Source of the DNA: Bacillota bacterium
Lineage (GTDB): Bacteria; Bacillota; Clostridia; Lachnospirales; Cellulosilyticaceae
Reading direction: 5' to 3'
NCBI GenBank assembly: GCA_023393125.1
Contig: JAEWMQ010000059.1
Location: forward strand, 1-64,000
Length of the DNA: 64,000 nucleotides
Positions 54,351-64,000 of this stretch are shown piece after piece. The position numbers and the translations under genes are program-made. Below the pieces are notes generated by a model. It saw only the letters and a program-made list of their open reading frames with translations. It did no database searches and was not told the origin of the DNA. Numbering within the stretch: the first letter of the stretch is position 1; each line of letters begins with the position of its first letter.

Positions 54351-55934
54351 CTATTCCTCATTCATTAAGTATTTATTTAATACGCCCTGTACAGCACCTT
54401 TTTCTGCTGCTAATTCTCGAAAATAATTTTCAACCTTAGTGCCCAAAACAACTTTATATAAATCTACCCCAAATAAATTTTCATCTGATAAAATAGGTTG
54501 TAAACCGATACTTACATTTTGAACTTTTCCCACCTCTATCCCATTCAAAAACTGTTGCATCTTATGAGCATTAGGATCTGGTCCTACATCATATTTATCT
54601 CCATGATCATTAATTCCTAACAGATATCTACACCACCCAGCAATCACTAATGGAATATACTTTAGTTGTGCTATTTCTTCATTTTGTTTATTCTCATAGG
54701 CTTTAAGTGTCTCACCAAAACGTATAGGTACCTTTAATGAAGTATCTGCAATGATACGCCATGGACTATCTAATATAAATGGATTAGGTAATCTTATATC
54801 TATGACTTCTTTAATGAAATCATAGGGATTAATAATCGCTGGACTTGCTACTACAGGTAATCCTTCTTCATAACCAAGCTTCTCTATCAACTGATGAAGG
54901 ACAGGATCACTTACTGCTTCAGCAATAGTCTTATAATCTAATAAGCACCCAAATATAGCTAAAGCTGTATGTAGTGGATTTAAACATGTACATACCTTCA
55001 TTTTTTCTGTACGCTCCACTTCTTCCCTTGTTGTAAAAATAACGCCAGCTTCTTCTAATCTTGGTCTTCCATTCGGGAAATTATCCTCTACAACTAAGTA
55101 TTGGCACTCTTCCGCATTAATAAATGGTGCAATCCATGTATTTTTACTAGTCTTCGTAATCTGCATCTCCTCAAAACCTGTTGCTATAAGCATTTCTTGA
55201 ATCTTTTGATTAGGCTGAGGTGTAATCTTGTCAATCATAGACCAAGGAAATGCTAGTTTATTAGCATCTTCTACATAAGTTTTAAATCCCACTTCTAGCT
55301 TGCCTCTTTTTATCCATTCCGCAGCGTACTTGCTCACTGCCTCATAAAGCTTTTTCCCGTTTTGTGAGCAGTTATCTAAGCTCACTAAGGCAATTGGTTT
55401 TCCTCCTTTTTTATATCTGCGGTAACATAGGTAAGTTAATTGTCCCATTAAACTCTGACTTTCTTCTGGCTCTCTTTCAAAATCTAACTCACACTCAGAT
55501 ACACAATAACCTTTTTCAGTAATAGTAAAGGTCACCATTTGCAAAGAATCTTTTTCAAAGAATTGTATCAAACTCTGCCATCCCTCAGCATCTCCTTTTA
55601 AAGATTCTATAACACTTCCTATAACTTGTTTATTTACACTACCATCACTTTTAAGTATTACCGAAATATTTAGATTGTCATACTTTTTATAAACAAGATC
55701 AATAATTTCAGTATCATAAGTTTCTACCACTATAATACCTTTTTCAGTTTTTTTCTCTTCTAATAACTGATCTTGTAAAACAGCTATAAAACCTCTAAAG
55801 ATATTACCTGCTCCAAAATGAAGCCATGTAGGGGCTGCTAAAGTAGCTGCTTTTACTTCTTCTCTATCATAAGTAAAACATTTCATGTCCTTTTGTAATT
55901 GTAATGTTGTGATTGACTCTTGATTTAGTTTCAC
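54351..55934 (-). CDS. uxuB: Mannitol-dehydrogenase-family oxidoreductase (fructuronate/tagaturonate reductase, UxuB/UxaB-like)
   Basis: 527 aa. Rossmann LHFGAGNIF…, TFTITEKGYC, LDNCSQNG, and IDKITP all match the UxuB/mannitol DH family. Adjacent to uxuA. Confidence 0.75.
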   Translation of the reverse strand: MKLNQESITTLQLQKDMKCFTYDREEVKAATLAAPTWLHFGAGNIFRGFIAVLQDQLLEEKKTEKGIIVVETYDTEIIDLVYKKYDNLNISVILKSDGSVNKQVIGSVIESLKGDAEGWQSLIQFFEKDSLQMVTFTITEKGYCVSECELDFEREPEESQSLMGQLTYLCYRRYKKGGKPIALVSLDNCSQNGKKLYEAVSKYAAEWIKRGKLEVGFKTYVEDANKLAFPWSMIDKITPQPNQKIQEMLIATGFEEMQITKTSKNTWIAPFINAEECQYLVVEDNFPNGRPRLEEAGVIFTTREEVERTEKMKVCTCLNPLHTALAIFGCLLDYKTIAEAVSDPVLHQLIEKLGYEEGLPVVASPAIINPYDFIKEVIDIRLPNPFILDSPWRIIADTSLKVPIRFGETLKAYENKQNEEIAQLKYIPLVIAGWCRYLLGINDHGDKYDVGPDPNAHKMQQFLNGIEVGKVQNVSIGLQPILSDENLFGVDLYKVVLGTKVENYFRELAAEKGAVQGVLNKYLMNEE

Positions 55935-55946
55935 TTTCTTTCCCCT

Positions 55947-57014
55947 TTAACGTGATAATTTTGTAATACCTTCCCATAAACCATTTAAATAGCATGCTCC
56001 AAGTGCACGATCATACAGACCATAGCCAGGCATTGCCACCTCTCCCCAAATCATTCTTCCATGATCTGGCCTGATAGGCCCCTCAAATCCTATATCATAT
56101 AACGCCTTCATAATCTCATACATATCCATAGAGCCATCACTAGATAAATGAGCTGCTTCTTCAAATATACCCGGACTTTCATGTTTTAAATTTCTAACAT
56201 GAGCAAAATGAATTCTTCCTTTAATACTTCTAATAATATCTGGTATATCATTCTTAGGATTAGAACCTAAAGAACCTGTGCATAAAGTAAGGCCGTTATA
56301 AGGAGTATCAACTGCTTTTAAAAAGCGTAAAATTTGTTCTTTATTTGTAATAATTCTAGGTAAATTAAAAACTGGCCAGGCTGGATCATCTGGATGAATA
56401 GCCATCTTAATTTCATATTTTTCACAAGTTGGCATGATAGCTTTTAAAAAATAAATGTAATTCTCAAATAATTTTTCTTCATCAATCTCTGCATATAAAG
56501 CAAAAAGCTCTTTTATCTTTGCCAATCTTTCTGGTTCCCATCCTGGCATTATAAAACCATTTGAATTATTATCTATACTACTGAACATCTCATAAGGATT
56601 AATAGTATCAATAACTTTTTGATTATAAGCAAGAACAGTAGAACCATCTAGCCTTACTTTTGCTAAATCAGACCTAGTCCAATCAAATACTGGCATAAAG
56701 TTATAACATACCATATGAATATCTGCTTCACCTAAGGCTGTTAAGGATTTAATATAATTTTCTATGTATTTATCTCTTTCTTTATCTCCTGCCTTGATGG
56801 CATCATGGATATTGACACTTTCTATACCTGATAAGTTAAGCCCCTCTGCTTCAATTTCATTTTTTAATGCCTTAATATTATCGATTTCCCATACTTCTCC
56901 TGGTTTTGTATCATATAAAGTAGATATAACACCTGTCACTCCTGGTATTTGTCTAATTTGTTTTAACGAAACACTATCAAATCCCTTTCCAAACCATCTT
57001 AATGTCATCTCCAT
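55947..57014 (-). CDS. uxuA: Mannonate dehydratase
   Basis: 355 aa. MEMTLRWFGKGFDSVSLKQIRQIPGVTGV… is colinear with UxuA (xylose-isomerase-like TIM barrel). Confidence 0.9.
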   Translation of the reverse strand: MEMTLRWFGKGFDSVSLKQIRQIPGVTGVISTLYDTKPGEVWEIDNIKALKNEIEAEGLNLSGIESVNIHDAIKAGDKERDKYIENYIKSLTALGEADIHMVCYNFMPVFDWTRSDLAKVRLDGSTVLAYNQKVIDTINPYEMFSSIDNNSNGFIMPGWEPERLAKIKELFALYAEIDEEKLFENYIYFLKAIMPTCEKYEIKMAIHPDDPAWPVFNLPRIITNKEQILRFLKAVDTPYNGLTLCTGSLGSNPKNDIPDIIRSIKGRIHFAHVRNLKHESPGIFEEAAHLSSDGSMDMYEIMKALYDIGFEGPIRPDHGRMIWGEVAMPGYGLYDRALGACYLNGLWEGITKLSR

Positions 57015-57039
57015 ATTGCATATACCTCCCTTTATTATT

Positions 57040-59154
57040 TTATAAATAGATATCCTTTATGATTGGCTTCATTCCTGTTAGCTCTACACTTCTTTCATCT
57101 GGCCCACAAGTACTAATAAAAAGTCTAAAATGTCTACTATCTATTAATCGCTGCCTTTCTTCATCAACAACTTCAAAAGCACTTTGTTTAATCTCAAGAG
57201 TGATTTCTACCTCATCTTGCTTTGATAAATAAATAGATTTAAATGCACATAAGCTAAAATTAGGAACTGCTAAATTTGATTCCATATCTTTAATATAGAT
57301 CTGAACCACATCATAAGTAGGTATATCTGATTGATTAGATATCTTAACCTTTACTTCATAATTCATTTCACTTTCTTTAATATTTTGTTTTACCACTACA
57401 TCCTTTACAGTTACTTTCCCATAATTTAGTCCATAACCAAATGGATACAGTGGCTTATTTTCCATATAACGATAGGTTCGACCTTTCATACTATAGTCAT
57501 TAAAATCAGGTAGTTCTTCAGTCGTCTTATAAAATGTAATCGGTAACTTACCGCTAGGTGAGCACTCTCCAAATAGTAACTGAGCTAATGCCTTCCCACC
57601 TTCTGCCCCAGGGTACCAAGTTTCTAAAATAGCATCACAATGTTCATCTGCATAATTAATATCCATAGCACTACCACTACTTAGAACTAATAGTGTTGGT
57701 TTCCCTATCTTAATCACTTCTTCGAGTAATATCTGTTGTCTTCCTATCAACTCTAAATCCTGTTTATCTCCTGCTGCAAAAGCATTCCCTGTATCTCCTT
57801 GCTCCCCTTCAATAGTTGCATCTAGCCCTAGACATAAAATAACAATATCACTTTGTTCCGCTACAATAAGAGCTTCTGCTAATCTATCATTTTCCCAAGA
57901 CAATCCAGATATACTGTTCTTAAATAAATGACAACCTTCAGAGTAATATACTCTAGCTCTACCTTCTACATAATCTTGAATACCCTCTAAAAAAGTGGTG
58001 TATCTAGAAGCTGTTCCAAAATAATTCCCTTCCAACACTTTACGGCTATTGGCTGTAGGGCCAATAACTCCAATGGTATTAATGCGCTTTAAATCTAATG
58101 GCAATATATGATTGTTCTTAAGAAGGACCATACTTCTTCTAGCTACATCTAAGGCCATATCACGATGCGCCTCACAATCATTCATTTCATAAGGAATATT
58201 ATTATATTTACATTCTTCATCAAATAACCCTAGCTTCATGCGAATAGTTAAGAGCTTCTCTGCTGCTTCAGTAATTGTTTCTTCTGTAACCAGCCCTTCA
58301 TTATACGCTTGCATCATATGTAAGTATGTATTGCCACAATTTAGCTCACACCCATTATTAATGGCTAATGCTGCAGATTCAGTTGCTGTATGAGTAACCA
58401 TATGCTCTGTGTGAAAATCACGTATCGCCCAGCAATCAGATACTACATAACCATCAAATCCCCATTTTTCTCTTAAAATTTCTCTTAATAAAACTTTGCT
58501 ACCACAAGCTGCCTCTCCATTAACGCGGTTATAAGCCCCCATAACCCCTGCTACTTTACCTTCTTTTACAGCTGCCTCGAAAGCAGGTAAGTAAGTCTCA
58601 TATAAATCTTTTTTAGAAACAATAGCATCAAAGGAGTGTCTATCTTTCTCAGGACCAGAATGCACAGCAAAGTGCTTTGCACATGCTGCTGCTTTCCAGT
58701 ATTTATAATTATCATCTCCTTGTAAGCCCTTAATAAAAGCTATACCTAATCTAGTAGTTAAATAAGGATCTTCTCCGTAAGTTTCATGTCCTCTTCCCCA
58801 TCTAGGATCTCTAAATATATTAATGTTCGGGGCCCATAAGGTCATTCCTTTATAAATATCTCTATCATCCTTTTTAATAAATTCATTATACTTTGCTCTG
58901 CTTTCTGTAGCGATGACATCTGCTATCTGATAGAGATATTCTTCATCAAATATAGCTGCCATTCCTATTGCTTGTGGGAATACAGTTGCTACTCCTGCTC
59001 TGGCAACTCCATGTAGGGCTTCATTCCACCAATTGTAAGTAGGTATATCCAGCCTTTTAATAGCTGGCGAGTCATATCTAAGCATTGAAGCTTTTTCTAA
59101 TAAATCCATTTGCTCAACTAACTCTTTAGCTCTCTCTTTAAATAATGCTTCCAT
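57040..59154 (-). CDS. Glycoside hydrolase family 3 (beta-xylosidase/beta-glucosidase)
   Basis: 704 aa. Paralog of the plus-strand GH3 (same motif set, e.g. KHFAVHSGPE, GYVVSDCWA). Confidence 0.9.
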   Translation of the reverse strand: MEALFKERAKELVEQMDLLEKASMLRYDSPAIKRLDIPTYNWWNEALHGVARAGVATVFPQAIGMAAIFDEEYLYQIADVIATESRAKYNEFIKKDDRDIYKGMTLWAPNINIFRDPRWGRGHETYGEDPYLTTRLGIAFIKGLQGDDNYKYWKAAACAKHFAVHSGPEKDRHSFDAIVSKKDLYETYLPAFEAAVKEGKVAGVMGAYNRVNGEAACGSKVLLREILREKWGFDGYVVSDCWAIRDFHTEHMVTHTATESAALAINNGCELNCGNTYLHMMQAYNEGLVTEETITEAAEKLLTIRMKLGLFDEECKYNNIPYEMNDCEAHRDMALDVARRSMVLLKNNHILPLDLKRINTIGVIGPTANSRKVLEGNYFGTASRYTTFLEGIQDYVEGRARVYYSEGCHLFKNSISGLSWENDRLAEALIVAEQSDIVILCLGLDATIEGEQGDTGNAFAAGDKQDLELIGRQQILLEEVIKIGKPTLLVLSSGSAMDINYADEHCDAILETWYPGAEGGKALAQLLFGECSPSGKLPITFYKTTEELPDFNDYSMKGRTYRYMENKPLYPFGYGLNYGKVTVKDVVVKQNIKESEMNYEVKVKISNQSDIPTYDVVQIYIKDMESNLAVPNFSLCAFKSIYLSKQDEVEITLEIKQSAFEVVDEERQRLIDSRHFRLFISTCGPDERSVELTGMKPIIKDIYL

Positions 59155-59185
59155 TCTCTCATCTCCCTCTGATTATTGATTCTGA

Positions 59186-61216
59186 CTACTTGTATACTTT
59201 TCTATTTTTGCAATCTCCCACACCAGTCTTTCTATAAAAATAGGTGTTAATCACATCGCGCCACTCTACAGCATCCTTTAGTTGAGTCTCTAAACCTTCT
59301 TTTACTGCTAAATAAAAATCTTTTTCAATCTTTGTTTCTAAGTCTTCCCATAACTCACTATATTTTATGACCTGTTCTACTCCTTCAAAATGAACATCGT
59401 AGATGTACTGTAACAACGTTCTTCCATCCTTTAATTGATATGTATACGGTACATGATGAAAAAATAACAATAATTCCTCAGGACATGTCTCTCTATCTTC
59501 ATACAGGCTTCTGTTGGGCTCTAAATACTGTGATGTGTATCCCGTTCCAGTTTTCATTGTTCGGTCAACACCAATTCCCTTGTAATCAGCATAATGATAA
59601 GTTCCCCAAGGTGAGTATTCATAACCTTCAATATTAGGTCCATAATGATGTCCTACATTAACCATCCAACCTACTCCTAATGGAACCGTATAATGTTCAT
59701 AAGTTACTCTAGAAGTTAAAAGTATCTCTTTTACAACCTTATTAATTACTTTATCCAGTCCTAAAGTAAATGTTATCCACTCATCTGCAATCTCCTCAGC
59801 AGATAAATCAGGATTCCAGCAAAGCCTTCCAAACCCATATAAATTAGCTGCTGCCAAAGGATTTCCCGTCCAACACTGGCTGTCTCCAATATTAGATACA
59901 GCTGCTATTCCTGCTACTTTATTATGAAATACTTTGCCACTTACTACCTCTTTAACAGGGCTTTCTTTCCCCTTTGCATATGTATTAAAGTCTAAACATT
60001 CCTTCCACATAGGAACTAAATAACAAATATGTTTTTGCTGTCCTGTATATTCTTGTGTTACTTGAAATTCTATCATTTGATTTGTCTTTTCAAGTGCTCC
60101 AAAGAGTGGTGATAACGGTTCTCTAATTTGAAAATCCATTGGCCCGTTCTTAATTTGTAAAATAACATTCTCCTTAAATTCCCCATCTAATCCTATAAAA
60201 TGATCATATGCCGCTCTTGCCCTATCTGTTTTTCTATCTCTCCAATCCACATGACAGTCATAAACAAAACATCGCCAGATTACATATCCGCCATGCTCCT
60301 TCAGTGCATCTGCTAACATATTGGCACCTTCTGCATGATTACGCCCATAAGTAAATGGTCCAGGTCTATTCTCAGAATCAGCTTTAACTAAAAAACCACC
60401 TAAATCAGGAATAATCGCATAGATATAGTCAACTGTCTCTTTCCACCATTGTTGTACTTTCTTATTTAACGGATCTGCACTTTCTAAATGGTCTATCTCA
60501 ATTGGAGCTGCAAAGTTAATACATAAAAACACTTGAATCCCATATGCTTCAAATATCCGTGCTATTCTTGCTACATCCTCTAGATAGTCTTTTGTAATAA
60601 ATCTAGTTTCATAGTAATGTACATTAACATTATTAATAGAAATACTATTAATTCCAACAGAAGCTAATAACCTTGCATAATCTTTTATTCTAGTCATGTC
60701 TTTGACTATTTCATTATTCTTATAGAAAATAGAATTTCCCCCATATCCCCTTTCAATACTGCCATCAATATTATCCCATTGATTAATCATTCGTATTTTA
60801 TTAGTTGGTTCTTGTTTAAGATTGATTCCTCTAATAGATAACTGCCTTCTGATGTGTTGAATCAAACCAAATACGCCATATAAAACACCTTTTGCACTAC
60901 TTGCTTTTATTAGTAAATTGTTATCCTCTTCTATTACTTCATATGCTTCATCTTTTATTTCCTGCATAGATACTAAGCTCAATGATAAATGTGCTCCTAA
61001 TGGTCTCTCTCCAACCACTTCTATACTCAAATTAAAATATTGGCTAAAAAAAAGTTTTAATTCGTTAATAGCAGTCTGTACAACAACTTCTTCTAATAAA
61101 GTTTTGCTACAATATAATTTATTACTATATCCCCATTTATACTCTTTCTCACTATTAAGCTTATAATTAAGCCAACAATCATACAGTTTATTCTTTTCTT
61201 TAATAGCAGTCATCAT
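59186..61216 (-). CDS. aguA: GH67 alpha-glucuronidase
   Basis: 676 aa. N-terminal …YDCWLNY…. Central catalytic core …LVKADSENRPGPFTYGRNHAEGANMLA…WRCFVYDC…. Typical AguA length. Confidence 0.9.
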   Translation of the reverse strand: MMTAIKEKNKLYDCWLNYKLNSEKEYKWGYSNKLYCSKTLLEEVVVQTAINELKLFFSQYFNLSIEVVGERPLGAHLSLSLVSMQEIKDEAYEVIEEDNNLLIKASSAKGVLYGVFGLIQHIRRQLSIRGINLKQEPTNKIRMINQWDNIDGSIERGYGGNSIFYKNNEIVKDMTRIKDYARLLASVGINSISINNVNVHYYETRFITKDYLEDVARIARIFEAYGIQVFLCINFAAPIEIDHLESADPLNKKVQQWWKETVDYIYAIIPDLGGFLVKADSENRPGPFTYGRNHAEGANMLADALKEHGGYVIWRCFVYDCHVDWRDRKTDRARAAYDHFIGLDGEFKENVILQIKNGPMDFQIREPLSPLFGALEKTNQMIEFQVTQEYTGQQKHICYLVPMWKECLDFNTYAKGKESPVKEVVSGKVFHNKVAGIAAVSNIGDSQCWTGNPLAAANLYGFGRLCWNPDLSAEEIADEWITFTLGLDKVINKVVKEILLTSRVTYEHYTVPLGVGWMVNVGHHYGPNIEGYEYSPWGTYHYADYKGIGVDRTMKTGTGYTSQYLEPNRSLYEDRETCPEELLLFFHHVPYTYQLKDGRTLLQYIYDVHFEGVEQVIKYSELWEDLETKIEKDFYLAVKEGLETQLKDAVEWRDVINTYFYRKTGVGDCKNRKVYK

Positions 61217-61353
61217 GCACCTCTTCTTAATAATTATTCAGAATTTATTTGTATTTTTTATATAATTATTTTATAATTTAATCATTGTATACTCCATGTA
61301 TAAACTATATAGTATTTGTACTTTTTTAACTTTTTATCACTAAGGAGCCATAA

Positions 61354-62151
61354 ATGAGTAAAAATCAAACCAATTACAATGACCTTATTATTACTATTTA
61401 TTATTTCATTTCTAGACAATGTACTTCTGAATGGATTATCGAAGAGAGTATTACTAACTTTATAGATCTTACCTATATTTATAGTGGAGAAGCCTATTAT
61501 ACGATTGACCATAAACTCTATCATGTTAAAGCCGGAGATTTACTTTGTATCCCTCCAAATAGCCTCCGCTCTGCTGTTACAAATCCTCATAATCCTATGA
61601 TGTGTTTTCCTATCAACATTCAACTTCATGACTTTAATCATAATGAGGTCATTCTTCCTTTTCCCCTTATTTCACATATTGGAATACTCGATTCACTCAT
61701 TCATTTTTATCAGGAACTCAATGTTGTATGGTTAGAGAAAAAACCTGGTTACATGTTATATGCACGCGCACTTTTTTCCTCTATTTTATATAAATTACTT
61801 TGCCTTCTTTATTATCACAATGACCTCACCTTCGTAGATTCACGAATCAAAAAAGTAATAACCTATATTTCTCAGCACTACACAGAAAAATTATCAGTAA
61901 ATCAACTAGCTGAGCTAGTTAATCTTAATCCTGTTTATCTCGGAGTCCTATTTAAAAAATGTACTGGACATTCTATTAAACATTACATTAACCAAATTAA
62001 AATTAATCATGCTGAAAATCTTTTAATGAGTGGTGAATTTACTATTACCTCTACTGCCTTAAAATGTGGCTTTGATGACATTTATTATTTCAGCAAGCTT
62101 TTTAAAGCTATTAAAGGCTATCCTCCTTCACAGGTTAACCAGTTCCATTAA
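61354..62151 (+). CDS. AraC-family transcriptional regulator (cupin-like sensor + HTH), divergent from aguA
   Basis: 265 aa. C-terminal AraC HTH (…VNQLAELVNLNPVYLGVLFKKCTGHSIKHYINQIKINHAENLL…). Confidence 0.85.
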   Translation: MSKNQTNYNDLIITIYYFISRQCTSEWIIEESITNFIDLTYIYSGEAYYTIDHKLYHVKAGDLLCIPPNSLRSAVTNPHNPMMCFPINIQLHDFNHNEVILPFPLISHIGILDSLIHFYQELNVVWLEKKPGYMLYARALFSSILYKLLCLLYYHNDLTFVDSRIKKVITYISQHYTEKLSVNQLAELVNLNPVYLGVLFKKCTGHSIKHYINQIKINHAENLLMSGEFTITSTALKCGFDDIYYFSKLFKAIKGYPPSQVNQFH

Positions 62152-62152
62152 A

Positions 62153-62206
62153 CTAAAAGAAGCCTTTTAAAGTTTTAGAACTTTAAAAGACTTCTTTTAG
62201 TTTTTT
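62153..62206 (+). terminator. Rho-independent terminator after AraC gene
   Basis: CTAAAAGAAGCCTTTTAAAGttttagaaCTTTAAAAGACTTCTTTTAGtttttt. Long nested palindrome plus T6. Confidence 0.75.
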
Positions 62207-62266
62207 ATATCATTAACTAATGACTATCCTTAGACTTCTATCATTTCTTATTTATGCTTTAATCTA

Positions 62267-63415
62267 TTACTCTTTAGTATCCCCAAGCTGAACATTCTTT
62301 TCTAGCTTTTGAATTTCCTTCTCCCCCTGCTGTGCTAGTTCTCTAAATGCTACAATAGTTTCTTTCATCTTAGGTAAAGCTTCTTGTTTATAAGTACTAA
62401 TGGCTTCTAAAGCAGACATAGTATCTGAAAAGGCGCTCTTTAGCGTTTCTACAGAAATATTGGCTTCCATAGACTGCTTATGGATATCTGCTCCTTGCTC
62501 CTTTAGCATCTTGGCTGTACCACTGATTAATTGATTGGTAGTTTGGTTAAGCATCTCTATCTTTTTAAGAACAATCTTCTGGTTATAAAGAGCACTAGCC
62601 ACCATGGTGGCAATTCTCAGTGCTGAAATGGTCACATTTTTGGCACGTTCTACGCCTCTAATCAGCTCCTTATTATTTCTCCTTATAACCTCTATAGCCA
62701 TAATCCCCTGCTGATTAACAATAATCATTTGCTGCATATCCATAATCCGTTGTCTCAGAGGAAACAAAACCTCTTCCGAAATAAATCTTATTTTATCAAC
62801 ATCCTCATTAGCTGCCTTAGCCTTATCTATCTCCACCGAAATAGCTTCATCCATAAAACTTCCCATTTCTATTTCTTTGGCTAACTTTTTCGTTAAATCC
62901 CTAAGTGCTATTTCTTCTATTTCTAAAGTAGTATTATCATTTTTTAAAGTATTTTTCCCTCTCTCTAAAGAAGCAATAATATCATTAATAACACTATCTG
63001 CTTTTTGATATTTTTCAAAATAAGCCCTAATAGGGTTAAAAAACTTACCTAAAAATCCTGTTTTACTAAAATCAATTAAGCTAGGGTCTAAATCCTTCAT
63101 CTCACGTTGCAAAGCAACTAACCCTTCAGCCACTTCACTCCCTTCTCCTCCTAGCTTAGATAAATCCTTAATAGGCACCTGCAACAAACTATTTTTCTCT
63201 GAAGACTTTCTAATTATATCTAATCCAAATTCATCTATACCCTTTAAAACAGTACTTCTTTCCTCCAATGAAGTCATATCTAATTTCACTAGACTAGCTG
63301 CATTTTGATTTGCCATATCCTTTAAAGCCACAATCTCCTGAGGAGCTGGTTTAATCTGCTCTATAACCTCTTGTTCAACTGCTTTACGATCCACTACTTC
63401 CATAGAAAAATCCAT
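62267..63415 (-). CDS. TelA-family toxic-anion-resistance protein
   Basis: 382 aa, all-helical. Colinear with TelA/YceH-like proteins. Confidence 0.7.
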   Translation of the reverse strand: MDFSMEVVDRKAVEQEVIEQIKPAPQEIVALKDMANQNAASLVKLDMTSLEERSTVLKGIDEFGLDIIRKSSEKNSLLQVPIKDLSKLGGEGSEVAEGLVALQREMKDLDPSLIDFSKTGFLGKFFNPIRAYFEKYQKADSVINDIIASLERGKNTLKNDNTTLEIEEIALRDLTKKLAKEIEMGSFMDEAISVEIDKAKAANEDVDKIRFISEEVLFPLRQRIMDMQQMIIVNQQGIMAIEVIRRNNKELIRGVERAKNVTISALRIATMVASALYNQKIVLKKIEMLNQTTNQLISGTAKMLKEQGADIHKQSMEANISVETLKSAFSDTMSALEAISTYKQEALPKMKETIVAFRELAQQGEKEIQKLEKNVQLGDTKE

Positions 63416-63429
63416 TTCATTCCCTCCTC

Positions 63430-64000
63430 TTACATCTGTGCATTAAACAAACTAGCTAGTTTGTAAATGACATCATCTGATTCCGCATTAATACTTGCTG
63501 CTTCATTAATAGAAGAAATATTGTTAAGTGCAGATATATTTGCATTATAACCAATGGTATAGACAGGAATTTTGAGAGTTCTTAAAATCCCTTCTATGTC
63601 ATTAAGTGAATGACCTCTATTGGTTTCTCCATCACTTAAAACAAATAACATCAGCTTCGCATCTGGATTTGCTACTTTTTCTTCCATTAGCATTTTAAGC
63701 GCTACAATCATGCCATCAAAAGTAGCTGTGCCTCCACTTGCTTCAAGATCCATGACTGCACCAGTAAATAAGGAGCGTTGATTAAGATCAAATTTTCCTA
63801 TAGGTAAATTAACATTCACATCATCAGAATAAGTTACTAGACCAATTGAGTTTTCTTTTCCTATATATTCAGCTCCTGTTATAAGCGATTTCTTTAAATT
63901 ATTAAGAGGCTCCCCATCCATGCTTCCTGAAATGTCTGCCACAAATACTGCTGATATTTTCTTAGTACCATTTTTCTTGTCCTTCCACAATTTTTGAGCA
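63430..64000 (-). CDS. von Willebrand factor type A (vWA/TerY-like) domain protein, 5' end beyond window
   Basis: The ORF is open to the window edge. MIDAS motif DISGSMDG. Rossmann-like vWA fold (…LVTYSDD…LSDGETN…). Confidence 0.7.
   Translation of the reverse strand, partial: AQKLWKDKKNGTKKISAVFVADISGSMDGEPLNNLKKSLITGAEYIGKENSIGLVTYSDDVNVNLPIGKFDLNQRSLFTGAVMDLEASGGTATFDGMIVALKMLMEEKVANPDAKLMLFVLSDGETNRGHSLNDIEGILRTLKIPVYTIGYNANISALNNISSINEAASINAESDDVIYKLASLFNAQM

Noticed and set aside
1-64000. Mobile genetic element / prophage / integron
   Set aside because: No transposase, integrase, recombinase, phage structural or conjugation genes were recognised anywhere in the window. The only element-like signals are the 29-bp inverted repeat and 18-nt direct repeats in the 17.4-18.2 kb block.

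Overview
This window is a low-GC (about 30 % G+C), Clostridia-like Firmicutes chromosome segment, with most genes on the minus strand.

- **Gene content:** carbohydrate utilization dominates. There are two YesM/YesN-type two-component systems, each with an LplABC-type ABC importer, next to glycoside hydrolase (GH) genes (GH30; GH10-CBM2; a 1531-aa multi-CBM GH26). A glucuronoxylan/glucuronate block (GH67 aguA, two GH3, uxuA, uxuB, AraC regulator), a GH1, a large uncharacterized 1039-aa GH-like protein, and tkt/tal are also present. Other modules include:
  - an orphan 5S rRNA + tRNA-Gly unit with its own consensus promoter;
  - a ferric-siderophore ABC uptake operon with a coupled MFS gene, a divergent AraC regulator and a Fur-box-like operator;
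  - an Rrf2 (NsrR-like) regulator divergent from a single-domain globin, with twin 29-bp palindromic operators;
  - a CorA gene, a membrane MutS-domain-V ATPase, and TelA plus a vWA protein running off the window end;
  - a small patch of decayed genes (GalE-like lacking the catalytic Tyr; frameshifted polysaccharide deacetylase).
- **Most unusual region (17.4-22.3 kb):**
  - An ~0.85-kb ORF-free, GC-enriched block bounded by 18-nt direct repeats. It holds a ~200-nt extended imperfect hairpin (6S-like or MITE-like) and five degenerate tandem repeats, and ends at a strong bidirectional terminator.
  - Downstream lie a stand-alone long flotillin (SPFH) gene without an NfeD partner and a tightly coupled pair of paralogous Pol-beta-superfamily nucleotidyltransferases.
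  - Upstream of these is a block of unknown-function membrane genes (HExxH zincin-like, DUF2087, Fe-S flavoprotein, 486-aa polytopic protein).
- No transposase, integrase or CRISPR array was seen.
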